Assembly: GCA_963706575.1 (NCBI GenBank)
Contig: CAVPNL010000004.1
Coordinates: 64,001-128,000 of the forward strand
Reading direction: 5' to 3'
Origin: an uncultured delta proteobacterium
GTDB taxonomy: Bacteria; Desulfobacterota; Desulfobacteria; Desulfobacterales; JAHEIW01
Length of the DNA: 64,000 nt
Part shown: positions 62,081 to 64,000 of the stretch, in pieces
How positions within the stretch are numbered: the first letter of the stretch is position 1
Layout: each line of letters starts with the position of its first letter
Notes under the pieces: model-generated
Told to the model about the DNA's origin: nothing
What the model saw: only the letters and a program-made list of their open reading frames with translations
The model's database searches: none
Translations under genes and position numbers: made by a program

Positions 62081-63246
62081 TTGAGATTTCTTTGGCTACC
62101 TCCGTCCGGATGGATTGGCGGGCACACGCAACCTTATCGGAATAATCTCAAATGGGGTCTGCACTTCTGACGCCGCTAACCGGATCGCCAGGGAGGTGGA
62201 TGGGTGTGTGGCGTTTTCCCATCGGGAGAACTGCCAGCTCATCTCGCCTGATAAAGAAATTGTTTACCGCACGCTCATCAATCTGGGCCGGAACCCCAAT
62301 TTGGCCGGAGTGTTGGTGGTGAGCGCAGGATGCACCGACCCTTGCCTGGATCCCCTGGTTATTGCCGATGGGATTGCCGAAGCGAAAAAACCGGTGGCGG
62401 TGTGCTCCATACACCAGGAGGGAGGGCTGATGAAGGCCTTATCCAACGGGGTCGATACGGCTCGCAAGATGGCCGGTGATGCATCCCGCTTCAAAAGGCA
62501 GTCGCTGCCCATTTCTATGCTGCGCCAGGGAGTGGAGTGCGGCGGGATCTACCCCGCTTTCCGGTCCGGTGACCAATGCCGCCCAGGGTTCAGCGCTTGA
62601 TCTGATCATTGAAAACGGCGGTTCGGGCGGTTTCGGCGAAACGCCGGAAGTTATCGGGGCCGAACACATTATCGCTGCCAGAGCGGTAAATAAAGACGTC
62701 GAACAAAAAATGATAAAAGTGGTTCAGGATTACGAAGCCAACCTCAGAAATTCCGGCTTGAATTTTTTTGGCGCCAATCCCGACCCGCAAAACATCAAAG
62801 ACGGGTTGAGTTCCATAGAGGAAAAGGCCGTCGGCGCTGTCCGCAAAGGCGGAACGACACCTTTGACGGAAGTCATCGGTTTTGGTGAGAGAGCCCGGGG
62901 CAAAGGCCTGTTCTTCGTTGATACCCCGGGAAATGACCTGATCTCGTTGACAGGCCTGGCAGCCGCCGGATGCAATGTTATTACCTATTCAACCGAATGT
63001 GCGGTACCTTATGGTTTTCCGTTTGTGCCGGTCATCAAGATAACAGCCAACCGCGATCATTTCCATAAATACCCTGATATCCTCGATTATCTTGTAGACA
63101 TTGATACAGCCATTACCCATCTCGACGGGGTGGGAGCGGAGCTGCTCGATCTGATCGTGGAAGTCGCGTCGGGCCGCAGAACCCAAAACGAAATTATCGG
63201 ATATACGGGGACCTGTGACTTATGGACAATCGCCCCCGCTGCCTAA
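62081..63246 (+). pseudogene. UxaA/SuyB-like dehydratase/lyase large subunit with two +1 frameshifts
   Basis: TTG 62081 after GGAG is out of frame with GY.RPDG..GTRN; extra G in GGG 62544-62546 breaks ECGGS; ETPE.IGAEH, GLSSIEEK, PVIK motifs. Confidence 0.8.
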
Positions 63247-63531
63247 ATTGGGTTTTATGGGGATGAATCGGATATTATCGCGAATAGAGACAAATACGAT
63301 ATTTCGACAGGCTTCAAATTTTAAATATTGCAGTTAAATATCGGCAATCTCACCAATTGCAGGATTCATTATCATATCTAAAATATTTATGAGATAGTCG
63401 AATTACGGGTACATAGCCGAAAACCATTCAATTGCACTTTTTTGGACTACGTTCGTCAATCCATTATTCTCTTTACATAAAGACATTCAATAATTTGCTA
63501 TATGTTGCCATTTAAACTGATTCAAACTGAA

Positions 63532-63687
63532 TCAATCCCTATTGGCCTGAATATCCCGGAATGTTTCGCTGTCACCTGGGTAATAATCAGGGTGAAATTC
63601 CTTGACTAGTCGACGATAGGCACTTCTAATTTCATCCGCTGTTGCTGTCGGCGAAATACCGAGAATAGTGAAGTAGCTTTTTGCCAT
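63532..63687 (-). pseudogene. Truncated J-domain (DnaJ-like) ORF, 51 aa, absent from the ORF track
   Basis: MAKSYFTILGISPTATADEIRSAYRRLVKEFHPDYYPGDSETFRDIQANRD*; HPD motif; GGGGAG RBS. Confidence 0.75.
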
Positions 63688-63787
63688 AATAAAGCTCCCC
63701 ACTGAATTCGATTTTATTTGTAGGGATTAACCGGAGCCGGGATCTCGCAAATCATCATTGCGCAGATTTTCCGGCTCCTTACTCTTC

Positions 63788-64000
63788 TTAGCCTGTTTTA
63801 ACGGTAATCTTTTTCGGGGTTGCCTTTTCTACCTTGGGAAGCGACAAGCGAAGCACGCCATCGTTGAGCTTGGCATCAATGTTTTCCTGGTTGATTAATT
63901 CACCCAGCGTAAATTGTCGGTAATACCTGCCGGACTCGTACTCCACCAATATGTCCACCTCGTCAGTGCTGTCAACAGGAGCGATATCCGCTGACAGGGT
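63788..64000 (-). CDS. Hsp20/alpha-crystallin protein, 3' part (runs off the window)
   Basis: EY..G.YYRQFTL...I....IDAKL.DGVL.L.LPK.E...PKKI.V motif. Confidence 0.88.
   Translation of the reverse strand, partial: TLSADIAPVDSTDEVDILVEYESGRYYRQFTLGELINQENIDAKLNDGVLRLSLPKVEKATPKKITVKTG

Overview
Mostly core chromosome of a bacterium that gene content suggests is a sulfate-reducing Desulfobacterota (Desulfobacterales-like); this assignment is inference. Housekeeping genes: hisD, PPi-PFK, smc-ftsY, HU, acyP, ligA, the mfd-surA-rodZ-mgtE-recO-GHMP kinase-glyQ-glyS run, tRNA-Thr(CGT), IHF and a sigma54 two-component pair. Metabolic genes: aldehyde:ferredoxin oxidoreductase, fadN/fadA beta-oxidation with a perfect Bacillus-type FadR box, and a polar amino-acid ABC transporter. 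Three catabolic modules have no clear known function: (i) FGGY kinase + sphingosine-1-phosphate-lyase-like enzyme, (ii) GcvT-like protein + two phytoene-desaturase/PYROXD2-like flavoproteins, (iii) amidohydrolase + ectoine-hydrolase-like M24 + FAD oxidase + split UxaA/SuyAB, with a duplicated divergent promoter region. Other notable signals: a 108-aa Lys/Ala histone-H1-like protein behind a perfect sigma70 promoter, tandem NrdR-like boxes at the smc promoter, and a dense set of intergenic repeats (REPINs, MITEs, a four-level nested insertion, and about a dozen 7-9-mer tandem arrays, most as inverted pairs). Three single-base insertions (fadN once, uxaA twice) may be assembly errors. No CRISPR array, transposase, integrase or prophage gene was seen. 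All functional calls are from motif recognition by eye, not database searches.
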